From positions 1 to 45,748 of the forward strand of contig CAWGVG010000051.1 in the NCBI GenBank assembly GCA_963825865.1: DNA of 45,748 nucleotides. Reading direction: 5' to 3'. Origin of the DNA: an uncultured Nitrososphaeraceae archaeon. Its GTDB lineage: Archaea > Thermoproteota > Nitrososphaeria > Nitrososphaerales > Nitrososphaeraceae. Both the position numbers and the translations under genes were made by a program. Below, in pieces: positions 42,314 to 45,748 of the stretch. Position 1 is the first letter of the stretch. Every line of letters begins with the position of its first letter. A model generated the notes under the pieces. The model saw only the letters and a list, made by a program, of their open reading frames with translations, did no database searches and was not told the origin of the DNA.

Positions 42314-42991
42314 GAAATTCTAATCAAATCATCTTTGTTATTATAGTATATTTGATTTAATGCAAATCTTGCTATAATATAAAACCGATATATTGATTCG
42401 CATCAAAGATGTGTTAAATTGTTAATTCATGATTTTCAATAATTATTTTCTCTATTATGCTATTCGCTAATCTTACTAGTATACTCAGTTATAACATGAG
42501 GTATACTATATGCTACTATATTGTTAATGCAACCTCTATATTTTTTAACTAATACTAAACCAATATAAAATACTAACAGAATGAGTTTATCGTATCATAG
42601 TGATTGCACTTTTAGCAAATCAATATTACCATCGTCATTACCATTGCTGCCACCATCTAATGAACAACAACAAAGCCATACGAGATCAAGTCCAATAACA
42701 ACAACAACTAATCAGACTCGCGTGTGTAGAGAAGAAAATACATTTATCCGATCAGAAATTGATAATAAAGAAAATAATAAAGAAAATAAACAGATTCATC
42801 AATAGTCTCTCGCTTATTATGGACTATTAGTTATAGGTTGGTTAACGTTAGAATACGTGCCTATCCAAATTGATAATACAGGGTTTACGTTTAACTATTT
42901 GTCGCTAGTCCTAAGTAGAGTCTATCTCCAGTAGGAAACAAAAGTATAGGATATTCGTATTATTGATATAATCTTCAATTTTGTGAAAAAA

Positions 42992-43092
42992 TTAGTGTCT
43001 GGACTAATCTACAGTGTTCATGCAGCGGAATTACAAATAGACTGTTAACAAGAGCTAATCCTACGACCATACCTATTATATAGATGTTTGAT
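42992..43092. repeat. About 100-bp dispersed repeat, copy 2
   Basis: Matches 38471-38572. Confidence 0.92.
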
Positions 43093-43457
43093 ATGTGAAT
43101 ATTTGCCTAATATGCTTGAGACTAATTCATCTACTTCTTCTTCTTCTGTTGTATCATCTTTGATTCGTTGGTACTGTGTTGTTGAAGAGGTTCACATAGA
43201 CCGTATCGTCGATAGTAAGATAGTAGAATATCTTCAGCACTTTATGGTCTAACTAAAAGAAAGAGAATTGGGTATATGTAAAATCTCAATGACTTTCTTT
43301 GATAGTGTATAGTCTACCTTTCCAATTAGTTGCTTCTGTGTGTTGAAATATCTGAATAAAATAAAATTCTGAGTTAGTTGTATTATTATTATTATTATCA
43401 TTATCGCTGCTGCTCATTATTATTATTATACCATTGATGTATCCTCAGAGAAAGCTA

Positions 43458-44000
43458 TTAGTGTTTGCTGGACACACAAAAAAAAACACATACATGTATA
43501 TAATCAGTGCTTGATCCACTAAATCCAATGCAGTATCCCACCTTGTAGCCAAGGCAGTATGAACCACGACCATTACCAGCGCTAAGGCATCCATGATCGT
43601 TGAATTGGGAGCCACTCAAAGCCGCACTCTGTCCTTGCACATTGGTAGCTTTTTATCATTAGCCGCATCGTTAAATCCTTCACTATAGCCGGATTTGTAA
43701 TGTCCCTTATCAGCTCCTTTGAAATGTATAGAATCGTCAAAGCCATGACCATTTAATCCGTGAAAGTCTCTGTGTGCATCATTGTATCATCAAAATCATT
43801 ATCTACCTGGAGGCGGTTCCCAGAACTGGACCACGGATAGGTTCGCTTGATAATGGCATAGGCGGACCGTATTTTACATCCCTTGTGTTGGAGCTCTCTG
43901 CCGCGTTTGCGTTATTGCTATTGACTGTAATTGGTATTATTACTAATAACGGCACGATCAAGATCATCGTTATCGTTATCGTTATTGCTAATGTTTTCAT
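43458..44000 (-). pseudogene. Fragmented secreted protein with GYxxG[F/Y] helical repeats
   Basis: Signal-like MKTLAITITITMILIVPLLVII, then in other frames YNDAHRDF...YKSGYSEGFNDA and YCLGYKVGYCIGF. Confidence 0.5.
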
Positions 44001-44496
44001 ATGTTTTAGATTTATGTAGATGAGTATTAAAATAACAGGGGTACTTTGCAACTAAATGCTGATGTTTTGTATAATCTTGATAATATGAGAAAATAGTTGC
44101 AAACTATACCAATTAGCATAAATACGAAAATTTTTGAAATTATTGGATGTAAATTCTCTACCACCATCATGCATTACTTTCATAGGTGCAGAAATGATGT
44201 TACTTTAGAAACCAAGCAAGCCAAAGTTAAGTATCATAAAGAGATTTTCTATCGTAATTACGCAATAGGTCTAATGAATAATATAACAGGGCAACATTAC
44301 ATTCTTTATCCTTTTGCTAAATTACACAAAGTATACGACAAATGCTCAGGGAAGGGCTGTACAGACATAGGGAGAACTCCACTAAAAATACTCTATATCA
44401 ACAAAACACTATCGTTGTGACATTCTTTATACATTATCAGCTATAACTCTATGTTGAATAAGCAAGGAAAATGAAGACCAATGAATTTCATATATG

Positions 44497-45066
44497 TCAT
44501 CTTTCAGTATCAACAACAAAATCCAATGTATTATCGTTAACGTCAAACTCTACTCTTTTCAATCCAAATTCTTCAAACACAAATCTATATTGTTCTGCCA
44601 TATAAAGAGACCAGTTTCTATCCATATCGTGCTGTATAACATACGAATGTCGAGTATAATTGACTTCATGCCTATATGGATGGCCTGATATTTTAATCCA
44701 AGTTTCAATCACATCTAAAGCCGATTCAATATTGTATTCATTTCTTAGTAGCAGTACAAAGTCCTTGGTTTCTTTCTTTGCTATATATTCTGCAATGGAA
44801 GATATCTCTTTCTCTGGGAGCCTATTTATGAGGTTAATTAGCAATCCCCTCCTTACAGTAACAAATCCAGCTTTTGCTGCATTAGAATGCCAATCAATAT
44901 ATCTTCTTATTATATGACTTACTAATGTATTGACACTGATATCTTTTTGGTCTGCTTCACGATGCAGTTTATTTAAAATAATACTGTCTAACCTAAAGGT
45001 GATACTTTCATTTTGGTGCGGCTGATGATGATGGTTTTTCTCGTTTTTTTCTATTATGTTAGTTAT
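44497..45066 (-). CDS. Ribbon-helix-helix domain protein, about 189 aa
   Basis: Frame open upstream of the ORF-track start: ESITFRLDSIILNKLHREADQKDISVNTLVSHIIRRYIDW; no ATG/GTG/TTG upstream of the RHH, ATA at 45066 follows GAGGT. Confidence 0.8.
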   Translation of the reverse strand: MTNIIEKNEKNHHHQPHQNESITFRLDSIILNKLHREADQKDISVNTLVSHIIRRYIDWHSNAAKAGFVTVRRGLLINLINRLPEKEISSIAEYIAKKETKDFVLLLRNEYNIESALDVIETWIKISGHPYRHEVNYTRHSYVIQHDMDRNWSLYMAEQYRFVFEEFGLKRVEFDVNDNTLDFVVDTER

Positions 45067-45535
45067 AGTACCTCAAATATGGTATAGCATTGTTAAATAA
45101 ATTATTTTAAACCAATTTATTATTATATTATCTTATGTAATTTAGTTGCAGTGCAATTATTTGTTTACGTTGTAACTATTATGTTGAATTACCGAAACTA
45201 TATAAAAAAATCGACATTTAGTTGCAAAAAACTCCTACTTCTTAGGTACTCTTATGCTGAAATGCATTTATGAGAGCAAGAATTGGAAATGAAACACCAG
45301 ATAAAAACAAACATACAAAACCCAAGTGTGCAATTGCAGTTATTGCTACAATTTTACCATTGAATGCCATGTTTATGTTTTTAATTTTAATCATTGGAAT
45401 AAGCCTACTTTCATTATCTGTATCGACAATAATGATAAATGCACAAACGTCTAGTGGTGGTATCAGTGGCGAGCGCGGTTGGCGGTACACACATGGGGAT
45501 TTGTGTGATAGGCGTAAGGAGTCCTTGTAATGGCC

Positions 45536-45748
45536 CTAGTAATTGAGACAGGTAGAGATGCCAGGTCTATTGACAAATTGATTGTAGTACAGGCACTGAA
45601 GTTCCGACGTAATAAATATACATACTTGAGATAACCTCCAAGGTCCAAACAGGTTAGTTGTGAAGTCTTGATTGACAACCTCTAAATCTGGCCGCATAAC
45701 TTGTAGACCATCCTCCCAAACTAGTTTAACGGGTCCACGATATGTTTT
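45536..45748 (-). pseudogene. Possible SDR oxidoreductase fragment running off the window edge
   Basis: PDLEVVNQDFTTNLFGPWRLSQ resembles the SDR TN.FG helix; no YxxxK follows. Confidence 0.35.

Noticed and set aside
43381-43430. (TAT)n microsatellite
   Set aside because: Low-complexity tract typical of this AT-rich accessory DNA, with no supported gene to phase-vary
45242-45530. Overlapping ORFs on both strands, one with a hydrophobic segment
   Set aside because: The plus-strand ORF may be a truncated secreted protein, but I found no independent support

Overview
AT-rich archaeal chromosomal window, most likely from a soil ammonia-oxidising archaeon (Nitrososphaeraceae-like). This is inferred from the gene families, TATA-type promoters and frequent TTG starts. 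The left two thirds is mostly housekeeping: an APC permease-USP fusion, cbiA/cobB, a uvrB-uvrA-uvrC operon with a divergent RelA/SpoT-type HD hydrolase, an etf/fixAB-fixCX operon, an AhpC/TSA redoxin, sucCD and a radical SAM gene. It is interrupted by two complete IS elements (IS481 family, and IS5 family IS903-like), both with inverted repeats and target duplications, and by one decayed transposase. The right third is accessory: a chimeric integrative-element remnant (truncated integrase, zinc-finger ORFs, Prim-Pol), two sensor histidine kinases (one with a NarX P-box-like sensor), an SplB-like radical SAM gene, a nitroreductase, small secreted or membrane proteins and gene fragments. At least 12 single-base indels split otherwise intact genes. 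Six of them are an extra G next to the first C of a GCAGC pentamer. This points to long-read errors caused by a GCWGC/GCAGC DNA modification rather than real pseudogenes. No rRNA, tRNA or CRISPR array was recognised. All family assignments are from motif recognition by eye, not database searches.
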